A stretch of 56,544 nucleotides of DNA from a virus (Duplodnaviria; Caudoviricetes), in IMG/VR virus record IMGVR_UViG_3300027799_000001, positions 1-56,544 of that record; one strand, written 5' to 3'. The first letter of the stretch is position 1. Every line of letters starts with the position of its first letter. Of this stretch, positions 1 through 9,960 are shown piece by piece. The notes beneath the pieces were generated by a model, which made no database searches, was not told where the DNA came from, and saw only the letters and a program-made list of their open reading frames with translations. A program made the position numbers and the translations under genes.

Positions 1-91
1 TGCAGCAAGGCAAACCTTTGGCGTTTTTTGGCTTTCAGTTAAGTGCCAAATTGCGTTCCCATTTTGCTTAACAGCCTCAAGGCAAATCTTT
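1..91. repeat. Terminal direct repeat, copy 1 (circular assembly overlap)
   Basis: nt 1-91 are identical to 56454-56544. Confidence 0.95.
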
Positions 92-624
92 GAAGTTCTT
101 TGTTTTTCAGTTAAATGAACAACAGCACAACCATTTTGCTTCACTGCTGCTAAACAAATCTGAGGTGTTCTTTGAGCTTCAGATAAAAACTTAATAGCAT
201 AACCATTCTCACACATTGCAGCAATGCAAACCTGATGTGTCCTATGTTCATCATTTAACCAATGAACAGCATAACCATTTTTATTAACTACTGATAAACA
301 TAATTCATGTGTACGAAGTTTATCCGGAATGAATTCCATTCCATCCCCATAATTTTCTGCTGTTATTATAGCCAATTCTAATAACTTTGGTTTTATTTTC
401 TCCATAAATCCTTCAACATCATCACCTACATAAACTTTAGAATCTATTTCCAAACCTTTGTTTTTACTATACTCATACTTGTTACATCTGTCCTCCCGAA
501 GCTTGAAAAAAGCACAGATCTGAGTGTGACTGTCAGGATTCTTAAGTAATTTCTTTTTGCGATCTTCTGCATTGATGTAATAGAAATTACCTTCATACGA
601 AACAAAGCTAAAAAAAAGACACAT
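1..624 (-). CDS. DUF4116-like repeat protein, copy I, 5' part (spans the origin; ~236 aa, 6 modules)
   Basis: Absent from the ORF track. AAGGAG RBS, ATG at 624, MCLFFSFVSYEGNFYYINAEDRKKKLLKNPDSHTQIC..., open to nt 1 and continuing in frame at 56453 to TAG at 56367-56369. Confidence 0.85.
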   Translation of the reverse strand, partial: MCLFFSFVSYEGNFYYINAEDRKKKLLKNPDSHTQICAFFKLREDRCNKYEYSKNKGLEIDSKVYVGDDVEGFMEKIKPKLLELAIITAENYGDGMEFIPDKLRTHELCLSVVNKNGYAVHWLNDEHRTHQVCIAAMCENGYAIKFLSEAQRTPQICLAAVKQNGCAVVHLTEKQRTSKICLEAVKQNGNAIWHLTESQKTPKVCLAA

Positions 625-628
625 TTTT

Positions 629-757
629 CTACTCCTTTACTTTTTTCAATACCTTCAACAACTCATCCAGAGTAATCAGTACAAAAAACACGCCAGACAA
701 AGTGAGTATTATGCATAATTCGAGTGTATTAGAAATTGTTATTGTTAATGTGTTCAT
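629..757 (-). CDS. 42-aa single-TM peptide
   Basis: AAGGAG RBS; MNTLTITISNTLELCIILTLSGVFFVLITLDELLKVLKKVKE; its stop overlaps the next RBS. Confidence 0.6.
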   Translation of the reverse strand: MNTLTITISNTLELCIILTLSGVFFVLITLDELLKVLKKVKE

Positions 758-784
758 TCTATTACTCCTTAGGTATACAGTTTT

Positions 785-1127
785 TTAACACAATATATCG
801 ACAGTACAATTCTGTTCGGAAGAATTGTTTTTATAGTAGTCAAACATTATATTGTAATTATCCCAAATCAAATTTTTAGCAAACTGTGCATCAAAGCCAT
901 AAACTTTTCTTACCACTCTTATCAAAGATTTAATATAGTAATACGGTTTTTTAGCCAAAACCAATTCTATGAATGTTTTAGAAGTTTTGTTATCCATAAC
1001 ATCACTAATCTCATCCCAAAAATTTACACAACACCAACTTTTTCTCTTCTTCACATTTTAATTCAATACTTCTGTACTCTTCTTCACATTTCAATTCAAT
1101 ACGCTTGTATTCTTCTTCTATATTCAT
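785..1127 (-). pseudogene. Frameshifted paralog of the 1132-1533 family (bL12 CTD-like motif)
   Basis: ATG at 1127 reads MNIEEEYKRIELKCEEEYRSIELKCEEEKKLVLCKFLG*; removing one G at 1015-1017 restores KFLDEI... as in the paralogs; 33-nt tandem duplication near the 5' end. Confidence 0.7.
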
Positions 1128-1131
1128 TCTA

Positions 1132-1533
1132 TTATCCTTTGTTGTGACATGACATGCATGTCCAGTTATAGTTTTCACCATTGTCCGCATAGACGCCTTC
1201 TATTGCTTCAGATTTTTTAACTACCTCACCGCATATCTCACATGTGCAATTTTGTTTTGAAGAGTTGTTTTTGTAATAATTCAAAATTGTATCGTAATAA
1301 GTACAAATTAAATTTTTGGCAAACAATAAACTAAAATTGTTTAACTGTCTAACTACTCTTATCAATAGTATCTTTGAAGTACATTGGTCTTTGGAAAGGA
1401 CTATCTCTCTGAATGTTTTTAATGTTTCTTTATCCTCAACGTGTCCAATTTTGTCCAAAAATTTGTGCAATAACAATTTTTTCTCTACTTGACTTCTGAA
1501 ATCGACCATAGCAAATTCTTTTTCCAGATTCAT
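1132..1533 (-). CDS. Early protein with L7/L12 C-terminal-like motif and C-terminal CxxC..CxxC zinc finger
   Basis: KILLIRVVRQLNNFSLLFAKNLI; CEIC...CMSC; paralog of 785, 2164 and 38908 ORFs. Confidence 0.55.
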   Translation of the reverse strand: MNLEKEFAMVDFRSQVEKKLLLHKFLDKIGHVEDKETLKTFREIVLSKDQCTSKILLIRVVRQLNNFSLLFAKNLICTYYDTILNYYKNNSSKQNCTCEICGEVVKKSEAIEGVYADNGENYNWTCMSCHNKG

Positions 1534-1554
1534 ACTATCTCCTTCCTTAAAAAA

Positions 1555-1776
1555 TTACAACAAATGTTTTACGAATTCAAGCTCGTTCTCGAGTAGTAGC
1601 TTAGCAGCTTCTTTGTTTTGTGTAATAGCAGCTACGCATATCTCTTGTGATCGTATATTGCATGGTACATACGATATATTTAATCCATTTTTAGTCACAA
1701 GAGCCAAGCAAAGTTCGTAAGTAAATTCTGATCTTGGCAACTTTCGTAAATCTAAGGTTTCAGTATTTAAAGACAT
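1555..1776 (-). CDS. Short DUF4116-like repeat protein, copy J (lacks the N-terminal domain)
   Basis: Likely start MSLNTET at 1776; TYELCLALVTKNGLNISYVP and SQEICVAAITQNKEA modules. Confidence 0.7.
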   Translation of the reverse strand: MSLNTETLDLRKLPRSEFTYELCLALVTKNGLNISYVPCNIRSQEICVAAITQNKEAAKLLLENELEFVKHLL

Positions 1777-1777
1777 T

Positions 1778-1966
1778 TTATATGTCCTTTCTTTTTTGTT
1801 CAATAAAAATAGTATTAACAATAAACTCATGCGATTTTCCAGCAAATAACCATCTTTTAAAAACTTTTTGAGCTTCATTGTTTTTTGATTTGCTGAGAGA
1901 ATCTATTATGTTCGCCAAAATGTCTACTTTTTCTTGTTCACTTAGTAAGCCATGTTTCGAATTCAT
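1778..1966 (-). CDS. Hypothetical early protein
   Basis: AAGGAA RBS; first ORF after the 2017-2045 promoter. Confidence 0.6.
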   Translation of the reverse strand: MNSKHGLLSEQEKVDILANIIDSLSKSKNNEAQKVFKRWLFAGKSHEFIVNTIFIEQKRKDI

Positions 1967-2016
1967 AATATATTCCTTTTTTGAAATTTGTTGTACCTAA
2001 TTAACAACGCTTAATA

Positions 2017-2045
2017 AGTATACAACTATTTTAGGAAATTGTCAA
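2017..2045 (-). promoter_or_regulatory. Sigma70-type early promoter
   Basis: TTGACA-17 nt-TATACT. Confidence 0.85.
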
Positions 2046-2054
2046 TATTTTCCG

Positions 2055-2150
2055 TTATGTTTTTAATTTGAAAAAAAGTATACTTAAAACATTGTGATCC
2101 ATAATTATAACTTTGTCGCTTGTTAGTCTAATTTTTTGGATTATTATTTT
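2055..2150 (-). pseudogene. Remnant paralog of the 38706-38891 gene
   Basis: IQKIRLTSDKVIIMDH vs IQKIRLTSGKVIIIDH; ATG replaced by ATA; nt ~2102-2185 nearly identical to ~38846-38929. Confidence 0.65.
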
Positions 2151-2163
2151 GGCTACCTTTGCT

Positions 2164-2439
2164 TTATACTTTAACTTTGTAATAATTAACCATTTCATCA
2201 TAATAATCGCAGATCCAATGTCTAGCAAATGATCTACTAAAACCATATGTTTGGCTTAGTACTCTATCCAATATTCTTTTTACATAATACCTTTCTTGGG
2301 TAAGAACTACTTCTTTGAATGTTTTCAATGTTCCTATATCTTCAACTTGTCCTACTCTATCAAAAAGTTTATACAATATAAATTTATTCTCTTCAAAACA
2401 TTTAAAATGAATGAGTTCACAATCTGTTACTATGTTCAT
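2164..2439 (-). CDS. Early protein, bL12 CTD-like paralog family
   Basis: AAGGAG RBS; aligns with 38908-39189, both ending YYKVKV. Confidence 0.7.
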   Translation of the reverse strand: MNIVTDCELIHFKCFEENKFILYKLFDRVGQVEDIGTLKTFKEVVLTQERYYVKRILDRVLSQTYGFSRSFARHWICDYYDEMVNYYKVKV

Positions 2440-2484
2440 ATTTTCTCCTTGTTAATTTTCAAGATACTTATTTCTTATATAATA

Positions 2485-2513
2485 ATTATACTATTTATTT
2501 AGAAAGTTGTCTA
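2485..2513 (-). promoter_or_regulatory. Sigma70-type early promoter
   Basis: TAGACA-17 nt-TATAAT; nt 2461-2491 identical to 39227-39257. Confidence 0.8.
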
Positions 2514-2610
2514 CAACATTCAATATATTTTTGGGGTTTTTAAAAACAAAAACCCTCAAGATATTAATTCTTAAGGGTCTTATAATAGGTGTTAAAATAT
2601 AAAAAAAATA

Positions 2611-2901
2611 TTATTTATTGATTATTTTTTCAAGGTTAGTAATTTTGTGTAAATTTTCAAGGTGGTTAATATTATTAATATCAATCCTTTGCGTCAAAGC
2701 ATCTATTTTTTGATACAAAGCCTTATTACTCTCAACCAAACCTCTGATACTTTCAGTTAGCGTGGCAACCCTTTCGACAAATATGTGATGCATTTCACAT
2801 GTTGATGTATGAGACTTTTTATACCAGTTGTTAATAAGCATTGTAACTACACCAATAACAAAACTGATTAAAATTGTCAATAGTTGATTACTACTAGGCA
2901 T
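2611..2901 (-). CDS. Holin-like membrane protein
   Basis: N-terminal TM helix plus coiled coil; last gene of the tail operon. Confidence 0.45.
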   Translation of the reverse strand: MPSSNQLLTILISFVIGVVTMLINNWYKKSHTSTCEMHHIFVERVATLTESIRGLVESNKALYQKIDALTQRIDINNINHLENLHKITNLEKIINK

Positions 2902-2910
2902 TGTATCTCC

Positions 2911-5900
2911 TTACGTTAATGGTATTACAGATATTTTACAGTTGTATGGATATGTTAATTTGTAAATAATTTTGGTTACTATTGATTGCAAATTTACACC
3001 CTCTGTTTGGTGAGGGAAATTTATATTAATCCTATCCAGCAAATCTATTGTATAACATTTATTTATGTGAACGTCAAAGCTAAAAATTCTATTATTCATA
3101 CATTGTACCCAGTAGTACAAATAATATTTAGCAATATCATAAGCATTAGGACCATTGACTAAATATAGGTCTGTCATATCGGCAGGTGGTTTATCAACAG
3201 ACTTAGTTTTTGAATACAAAGTGCGACACAAAGACCATATGTCAGCGGCAAGTGATGCATCAGCCACGTCAAAACCTTTGGTATAACTACTGTCATACGT
3301 CTCTTTGTTTGTATTAGTAATTTGTAACAAGCCTTGATATTGTCCCGAAGCAAAATCCTTATTATATCGTACAATTGGCATTGGATAGACATCAGTTGTT
3401 TCAGGCAATTGTATTGTTATGCTGTCGCGATTATATATATCCGACAATGTTATCGTAGTAGATGTTGCAAGTGAATTTTTATGCATAGCTTTAACACATT
3501 CATTACCATTTTTATCAGTCCAGTTGGCCAATCTAAACTGTTTGCACAAGTCTTTTTTGAGAGAATCTGTATAGGTTTTTGAATAATCGTCTACCACTGA
3601 ACCTATTTGATAACTCTTGATTGTGTTAAATGTAGAATCAGTAGTAACATCAAAACCGCCGTTAGACGTTATTGATACTTTAGCATAATTAGCATACTCT
3701 AAACCATAATTCTGTTGTGACAATGAAACTTCTGAATAATTTTGTAGTCTGCAAGTATGTTCTAATATATCAACAGGAGATGTAATTAAAGAAGCAGATA
3801 TTTTGCGTGATCCCCAAGTATTATTAAAAATTCGACCGCTAAATGGAGCGTACAATTCTTTTTTGCTTGATACCGTTCGTTTAAAAATTAAACATATTTC
3901 AAATATCCTAAAATCTTTTTGTAACCAAGTAGCATTAGTACTATTTACGTATTTGTGTTCATAAAATAAACTAAAAGAATTGTAACTATTATACTTTTTA
4001 ACATCTGAAATTATATCAGTAATATCGTAATATTCGTATCCTGTTAGGTTACTATCGTCGCTTACTTTTGCATAGAAATTTCTATTGTTTGTCTGCGGAC
4101 TGACATTGTAGTATTCGTCATTTATGCAATCATAAGTTGTATTCGTTAAATTAGTAGTAGTGTTTTGCAACTCTACTTTTTTAACGGAACCCATAAATCT
4201 TTTACTTAAAAAAAATAATTTTGTAAAATTATCAGTTGCAGGCTGATAACTATAGGTATTAATTATACTAGCTTTAATTCCTAAATACACGTTGCTATAA
4301 TCAAAGTTTTTTGGTACTGAAGGCATGGTTACATCAAATCCAAAAGCTAACCAATTTGAATAATAGTCTGGTACATCCAAAAAAATTCCATAATAAGTGC
4401 TATTGTTTTTGTCTATAACTTCGGAACCCGTACCAGTTATTGTAACTCCTGTAACGCTTGGCTGTACGCTAAAAATTCCATTTGAAACATCATACCATTG
4501 TATAGGAGGTGGAGCAAACTCAGTAGGATAACCCCACTTAGCTTGATATGTCTCATAATTTGATTGTGCTAATTCAAAACTATTAAGTGGTAGATTGATA
4601 AAACTATCTATACTATCTAAATTATTTGTACATTGCCTAAAATTAGCCTCAAGAGTATTGTTGTTACTACCTATTTTGACACTGTGTGAAGTATTTGGCA
4701 TGTATAAATAGTCAAAATTATTTTCTTGTACAATCGATTTAACATTTTCAGCCAATCCACTAACATCAATATCTATCTTTTTTTCGCTATCATAAACATA
4801 CAAATCAAAATTAGTCGATATTTCATTACCATTATTGTCTAACACTGATTTGCATGGTTGTATATCTGATTGATATTCTTTTTTAAGATTTATTATATTA
4901 ATCCAACTATTATCAGTTTCAGTAGCGGTTGCATTTCCTTTTAATGCTTCTTTGTAATAATCTTGCATGGTTAATTTTATAGTTTTTCCAGTTGGATCGT
5001 CATCAAGATCTATTATTGCGTTACTTATCTTTCTATATTCACCGTCACTTATACCCTCAACTACATAGGTGTAGCTTCCAACTAAATTCTCCATGTAGTG
5101 AGTCCCAGATGTTTGTAGGGTGTACAGAGTTCCAGACACAGAATACAATGATAACGAAGTTGAAGCAATACAAAATTTATAAGTATTAGTAGGTGCAGCA
5201 CCTACCAATCCAACGCATGGGAAAGTATAAACATCACTTTCAGGTGGTGAACCTGTTAAAAGATAATTATCTGATAGATCATAACATGGCAAATTAAATA
5301 CATAATCTGTTTGGCTATCAGCAGTACGAACAAATTTAGCATACCCAGACCAATTAGAATTAGGATATATTTTACCAAACGTAACTGGTATTGTACGTCC
5401 TATCAAATCTTTTGTAGCGTTAGGATAGTCAGTTTTGTTAATTTGTTTGGTTATATTAACATTTCTAGGATTAGGAATAAATGGTATGTTAATGGTTGTA
5501 GCATTCCAATGTATGTTGTCTATTTTATACGAACCTAATTGTGTTATTGTAGATGTATTGGTAAAATTCAAATACAAATCTAATAAATTACCATGTAAAT
5601 ATATACTATTTAGTTCTAACCACTGGGCAAATCCATCAGTGTTTTTTACATCAATACTACCACCAACTTTAATTTGTGTATTACCACCTCTTCTTATGTC
5701 GATATCCTTTGTGATATCCGATACATCTAACAATGAACCTATAGAAAAATTACCATAAATATTGGTATAATTTTGATACATACTGAAACCAAAATAATTC
5801 TCAATATATATACGGCCTGCGGCAGTTGTAAGTGCTTTTGTAGTTGGCTCTGTAAGATATAGAGTAAATCTTGAAGGACTTGTTTGTATAGTATATGAAG

Positions 5901-6138
5901 ATACTATTGCGTATTCGTAATCACCGGTATTATTATTGTATAATTTGATACGGCAACCAGCATGAAAATAAGTGAAATTATTAACACCGCTTGAATCTGT
6001 AACAACAATGCTTGTATTACCAATAGATATGTCTGAATATAGTGTTCTATATCCACCATAAAAACTTTTACTCGTTTGAGGTGATTTGGCCCACAAACCT
6101 GTATTAATACGTACAAACACATCTAATATATTTGACAT
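2911..6138 (-). CDS. Tail tip / baseplate hub protein
   Basis: 1075 aa, beta-rich, G.TIPVTFG motif, two genes downstream of the tape measure. Confidence 0.65.
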   Translation of the reverse strand: MSNILDVFVRINTGLWAKSPQTSKSFYGGYRTLYSDISIGNTSIVVTDSSGVNNFTYFHAGCRIKLYNNNTGDYEYAIVSSYTIQTSPSRFTLYLTEPTTKALTTAAGRIYIENYFGFSMYQNYTNIYGNFSIGSLLDVSDITKDIDIRRGGNTQIKVGGSIDVKNTDGFAQWLELNSIYLHGNLLDLYLNFTNTSTITQLGSYKIDNIHWNATTINIPFIPNPRNVNITKQINKTDYPNATKDLIGRTIPVTFGKIYPNSNWSGYAKFVRTADSQTDYVFNLPCYDLSDNYLLTGSPPESDVYTFPCVGLVGAAPTNTYKFCIASTSLSLYSVSGTLYTLQTSGTHYMENLVGSYTYVVEGISDGEYRKISNAIIDLDDDPTGKTIKLTMQDYYKEALKGNATATETDNSWINIINLKKEYQSDIQPCKSVLDNNGNEISTNFDLYVYDSEKKIDIDVSGLAENVKSIVQENNFDYLYMPNTSHSVKIGSNNNTLEANFRQCTNNLDSIDSFINLPLNSFELAQSNYETYQAKWGYPTEFAPPPIQWYDVSNGIFSVQPSVTGVTITGTGSEVIDKNNSTYYGIFLDVPDYYSNWLAFGFDVTMPSVPKNFDYSNVYLGIKASIINTYSYQPATDNFTKLFFLSKRFMGSVKKVELQNTTTNLTNTTYDCINDEYYNVSPQTNNRNFYAKVSDDSNLTGYEYYDITDIISDVKKYNSYNSFSLFYEHKYVNSTNATWLQKDFRIFEICLIFKRTVSSKKELYAPFSGRIFNNTWGSRKISASLITSPVDILEHTCRLQNYSEVSLSQQNYGLEYANYAKVSITSNGGFDVTTDSTFNTIKSYQIGSVVDDYSKTYTDSLKKDLCKQFRLANWTDKNGNECVKAMHKNSLATSTTITLSDIYNRDSITIQLPETTDVYPMPIVRYNKDFASGQYQGLLQITNTNKETYDSSYTKGFDVADASLAADIWSLCRTLYSKTKSVDKPPADMTDLYLVNGPNAYDIAKYYLYYWVQCMNNRIFSFDVHINKCYTIDLLDRININFPHQTEGVNLQSIVTKIIYKLTYPYNCKISVIPLT

Positions 6139-6140
6139 TT

Positions 6141-7901
6141 TTAAACCGTTTTGACAAATTTAAGATTGAAATTAATATCGTACAAACCCCTAAAATCTAT
6201 GTTTATTTTATTTGTAACCAGATAACAATTACTATGAGTTCCTGTCCCAAGCTCTTCGCCAAATAAATAGCCGCTACTGTCACCTATTGAATAGGTACTT
6301 GTTCTATTAGTGGTAATATAGTTTATAAGACGTTGTGCTTTCGGTAAATTACATGTTAAATTTATTTCACTTTCGTAAGTTTTGTAGTACAAATTTATAC
6401 GTTCAGTACTATATTGCCCTTGTAATTGAGTAAAACGATTACTAATTAATCTATTATTTCGATACATAGTTCTAGGGAATCGCAATCCTGACACTGAGCC
6501 AATAGACATATTACCTTCATTTTGATCAGTAACAAAACTATATGATGGAGGTAATGCTGTTAAAAACAATTCTAGTTCCATCTCAAAATTACCATAATAC
6601 TCTTCGCTCAAATAAGGAGCTTTAATAACACGCATCATAACAGTATAAGGGCCTACATTACTAAAATCAGGCCCGAAAGGATGAAACATGCTTAAAACGC
6701 CCATCTCAATCGTAAGACCATCTGTAGAATCCTGATCATATGGTATTAAAATGTCATTATTAAATTCATCTGCCTCTGTAGGTGTCATAATAAATCTACA
6801 TGTACATGATCTTTTATCGTATGATTGACCTCCATAACCATGGTCTACAATATTAACTGATTCATTTGGCATTTTCAAGAAATCCCAAGGATAGTCTATT
6901 GTGATGTTATAAGGCAAAATTGGTAAATATAAATCAGCATAATTTGTTTTATATGTAAATCTTATTTTTGATGGATTAATTGGTGGAAAATAATCATCAG
7001 AACCTATACTATAATATCCGTTATGAGGAGTAAAGTTTAATCGTATACCTAATATATTCCCAGATATTTGTGGAGTTGTTCCACCGTTAACTACATATAC
7101 ACTGCTTTGATTTACCTTGTAAAAGCCTGAATTAGATATAGATGTTGAGTTAAATTCAGGTGTATAATTTACGCTTGGAACATTACCGCTACCACCTGAT
7201 ACAAACAATGAATTAACCATATCAGACTTGTTAGATGTATTATTGTATCCATATAATATTACCGAAAAACCAACCCAAAATGTAGTTGTTCCAATTCCGG
7301 TTATATTAAAAACATTATTTCTGAAAGTGGCATTATTATTATTAGCTGATCTTATTAGTACAACACCTTTTAAATCAAATGTATTATTTTCAAAATAAAT
7401 AGTATTGTTTAAATCAATATCGATAGAGCTTCCATACGGACCAATATTACCAGTAATATTAAAAGTATTACGATAAATATAAGTTGTACATCTCCTAAAA
7501 TATAAATAATTTGTATTAATTGTAATTACACAATATTTAATTGTTGCGGTTGTATTAGCAGCAGTAGAATAACCATTAATATATAATGCGTTACATCTGA
7601 TACTTAAATTATATATTACTAATTTAGAATTTGAACTTTGAATAGTAAGACTAATGTTATACATGTATAATTTATAAGACGACGGAACATATCCATTATG
7701 ATATGTGTTTGACGTTATTGTTAACGTATATCCATTCATGTATATAGTTTTTGTATAATTAACTAAATCAGTTATATCGCTTATAAAAATTCCAGTAATA
7801 TCGCCATTAACTGAAGACGCTGATATATCATCACAAAAATTAACCAAATTAGCATAATCACCGCCAGAGCCTATAGTGTAAGAACCGGATGTTATAGCCA
7901 T
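6141..7901 (-). CDS. Tail protein: N-terminal beta-helix-like domain fused to a distal-tail-like region
   Basis: YTIGSGGDYANL start, N/T/I-rich repeats (RNTF, NNTF, NNVF); directly follows the tape measure. Confidence 0.55.
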   Translation of the reverse strand: MAITSGSYTIGSGGDYANLVNFCDDISASSVNGDITGIFISDITDLVNYTKTIYMNGYTLTITSNTYHNGYVPSSYKLYMYNISLTIQSSNSKLVIYNLSIRCNALYINGYSTAANTTATIKYCVITINTNYLYFRRCTTYIYRNTFNITGNIGPYGSSIDIDLNNTIYFENNTFDLKGVVLIRSANNNNATFRNNVFNITGIGTTTFWVGFSVILYGYNNTSNKSDMVNSLFVSGGSGNVPSVNYTPEFNSTSISNSGFYKVNQSSVYVVNGGTTPQISGNILGIRLNFTPHNGYYSIGSDDYFPPINPSKIRFTYKTNYADLYLPILPYNITIDYPWDFLKMPNESVNIVDHGYGGQSYDKRSCTCRFIMTPTEADEFNNDILIPYDQDSTDGLTIEMGVLSMFHPFGPDFSNVGPYTVMMRVIKAPYLSEEYYGNFEMELELFLTALPPSYSFVTDQNEGNMSIGSVSGLRFPRTMYRNNRLISNRFTQLQGQYSTERINLYYKTYESEINLTCNLPKAQRLINYITTNRTSTYSIGDSSGYLFGEELGTGTHSNCYLVTNKINIDFRGLYDINFNLKFVKTV

Positions 7902-9958
7902 TAGTTTTTAACTCCTATGCGGTTTAAAAATTTATCTAAACTACCACTTCTATGTGCGTCTACAAGTAAATTACCTATATCACCAGTTGATAATTGTTGT
8001 GAATTATTAACACTTCTACTATTATCTCCAACATTTAATGTAAGATTAATATTGTTATTAGAAACTCTTCTACCTGTATTACCAATATTTTGTAATATAT
8101 TCATAGCTTGACTAGGTGTGAAAACACCTTCGCCAGAATTAAGTAACGCTGGAACTTTATCTCCATTAAAACTATTACCACCAACAATACCTCCGTGCTG
8201 GAATTTAGTCGATGCAATTTTCGCCACATTAGCTATACCAGCTGCTATTGTAGTTGCCATAATAACAGGTGCAAGACTCCACCCAACAAAAGGTACAGTA
8301 GCAGCAGATTTAGATGCGGCCATTGCTGCAGCGTATGTATCCATTGTTGCTTGTGCTATTGCGGCGGCCTTATATATACCTGCCAATGTTTTGTTTCCGC
8401 TTGTTACTGTCATAATATTTTGCAATACTAATCTTCTTCCATCATCATTAGCTTGTTTCTGTTTTTCATATTTTGCTTTGCGTGTTGCATCTTCCATAGC
8501 CATTATTTTATTATTATGCTCTATCTCCAATATTTCTTTTGACATTAAATATTCATTTTCTAAATTTAGCAATATAGCTTTATTGTTTTGAGCGAGTAAT
8601 ATTTTCTGATTATACGACTCGTTTAATGCAGATAATTCTTCATCGAATAAAATTTTTTCTTTCTCGACTCCATCCGGTGTTTTCCCCAATAATAATGATT
8701 CTCTTAGAACCGTAAGTTTTGGTTTGAGGCTTTCAAGTCTTGCAATACCTTCTTGGTAGATCCTATAAGTTTTAACGTGAGCATCTCTCTGTTCTGTAAG
8801 TTTCTGTTCAGTCATTTTCAAATCACTATCAGTACCACCAATAGATAAAGGAGTTGGTTTTCCTGAAGTAGGTTGACTAATTACCATTTCCTTTGTCTTA
8901 TACGCATCTTTTATTTTAGAAAAAGAGGCCAAGGAAGCTTCCATTAAATCAGTTGATGTTGTGCCAATTGTTTTTTTAAATTCATTTAAATTTTTAGATG
9001 CATTTTTAATTGATTCAGACCATGAATCTGGTAATAACTTTTTAGGTAATGCATTGTTAATAACCAGAACTAAATTTAATATAGATGCTGATAGGCCAGA
9101 AAACATACTAATCAAATTAGTAACACCTGACGATAAAAAATTAATAATGCCAGCCAATATTCTATACGCTGCCACAAAAGAATTAGAAATTAACAAAACT
9201 GTTTTTTCAATAATTTCTCTGTTATTCATTAAAACATTTGCAAATTCATTAAGTGTTGGTATTAATTGAACGCCGACAGAATCTTTAATATCTGAAAAAG
9301 AATTAGCCATTTTTTGTAAAGGACCAATACCTGCCTCTGCCGCTGCTTTAGCCGATCCACCAACAACCTTATTAAGTTCGGTCTGTATGCTTTTTAATCT
9401 TTCGGCACTACCTGATACACCTTGTATATTCATTTTATATCTTCCAAAAGTATCAGAATTAGTTAAATACGCCCTGTTAACCATCTGAGCTGCAGAATTA
9501 AGATCTACTCCAAGCTTTGTGGATAAATCAGCTACAACTGGTATCATATTAGAAATTTCATCTTCATTTTTTATAAAAGCTGAGAGTAAATTTTCGGCTG
9601 ACAATATTTGATCATCAGTAAAAAGAGTGTTTTGTTGCATTTCTGAGGATAATTCAACTAATTTTTGAGAGTATTTACCGAGAGAATTTGTAAGTTTATT
9701 TATAGATACAGCTTCTTCATTAGCGCCTTTAATCGAGTCTTCAAAAAAAGATTTCAAACCGCCTAAAGCAGCTATACCAAAAATTAAATTTTTAAACTTT
9801 GATACAGCACTACCTAAACTTTCAAACGATTCTTGTTGCTCTTTGTTTTTTCTTTTAACATTTTCAGTAATTTTGTTAAAATTATTATTAATTTTTTCAA
9901 AATTATCACTCATGTAATCTTTGAGTCTTGCTTCTACTTCTAAAACATAGTCTGCCAT
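7901..9958 (-). CDS. Tail tape measure protein
   Basis: Helical, Ala-rich; C-terminal FQHGGIVGG...DKVPALLNSGEGV motif; follows the tail chaperones. Confidence 0.9.
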   Translation of the reverse strand: MADYVLEVEARLKDYMSDNFEKINNNFNKITENVKRKNKEQQESFESLGSAVSKFKNLIFGIAALGGLKSFFEDSIKGANEEAVSINKLTNSLGKYSQKLVELSSEMQQNTLFTDDQILSAENLLSAFIKNEDEISNMIPVVADLSTKLGVDLNSAAQMVNRAYLTNSDTFGRYKMNIQGVSGSAERLKSIQTELNKVVGGSAKAAAEAGIGPLQKMANSFSDIKDSVGVQLIPTLNEFANVLMNNREIIEKTVLLISNSFVAAYRILAGIINFLSSGVTNLISMFSGLSASILNLVLVINNALPKKLLPDSWSESIKNASKNLNEFKKTIGTTSTDLMEASLASFSKIKDAYKTKEMVISQPTSGKPTPLSIGGTDSDLKMTEQKLTEQRDAHVKTYRIYQEGIARLESLKPKLTVLRESLLLGKTPDGVEKEKILFDEELSALNESYNQKILLAQNNKAILLNLENEYLMSKEILEIEHNNKIMAMEDATRKAKYEKQKQANDDGRRLVLQNIMTVTSGNKTLAGIYKAAAIAQATMDTYAAAMAASKSAATVPFVGWSLAPVIMATTIAAGIANVAKIASTKFQHGGIVGGNSFNGDKVPALLNSGEGVFTPSQAMNILQNIGNTGRRVSNNNINLTLNVGDNSRSVNNSQQLSTGDIGNLLVDAHRSGSLDKFLNRIGVKN

Positions 9959-9960
9959 AA

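Noticed and set aside
1-91. Biological terminal repeat of the virion DNA
   Set aside because: It falls mid-gene and within a longer internal repeat, consistent with an assembler overlap
7917-9269. Antisense ORFs over the tape measure gene, and similar shadow ORFs elsewhere (e.g. 5311-5758, 20560-20859, 39735-40516, 52174-52575)
   Set aside because: They lie opposite well-supported genes and show no motifs of their own
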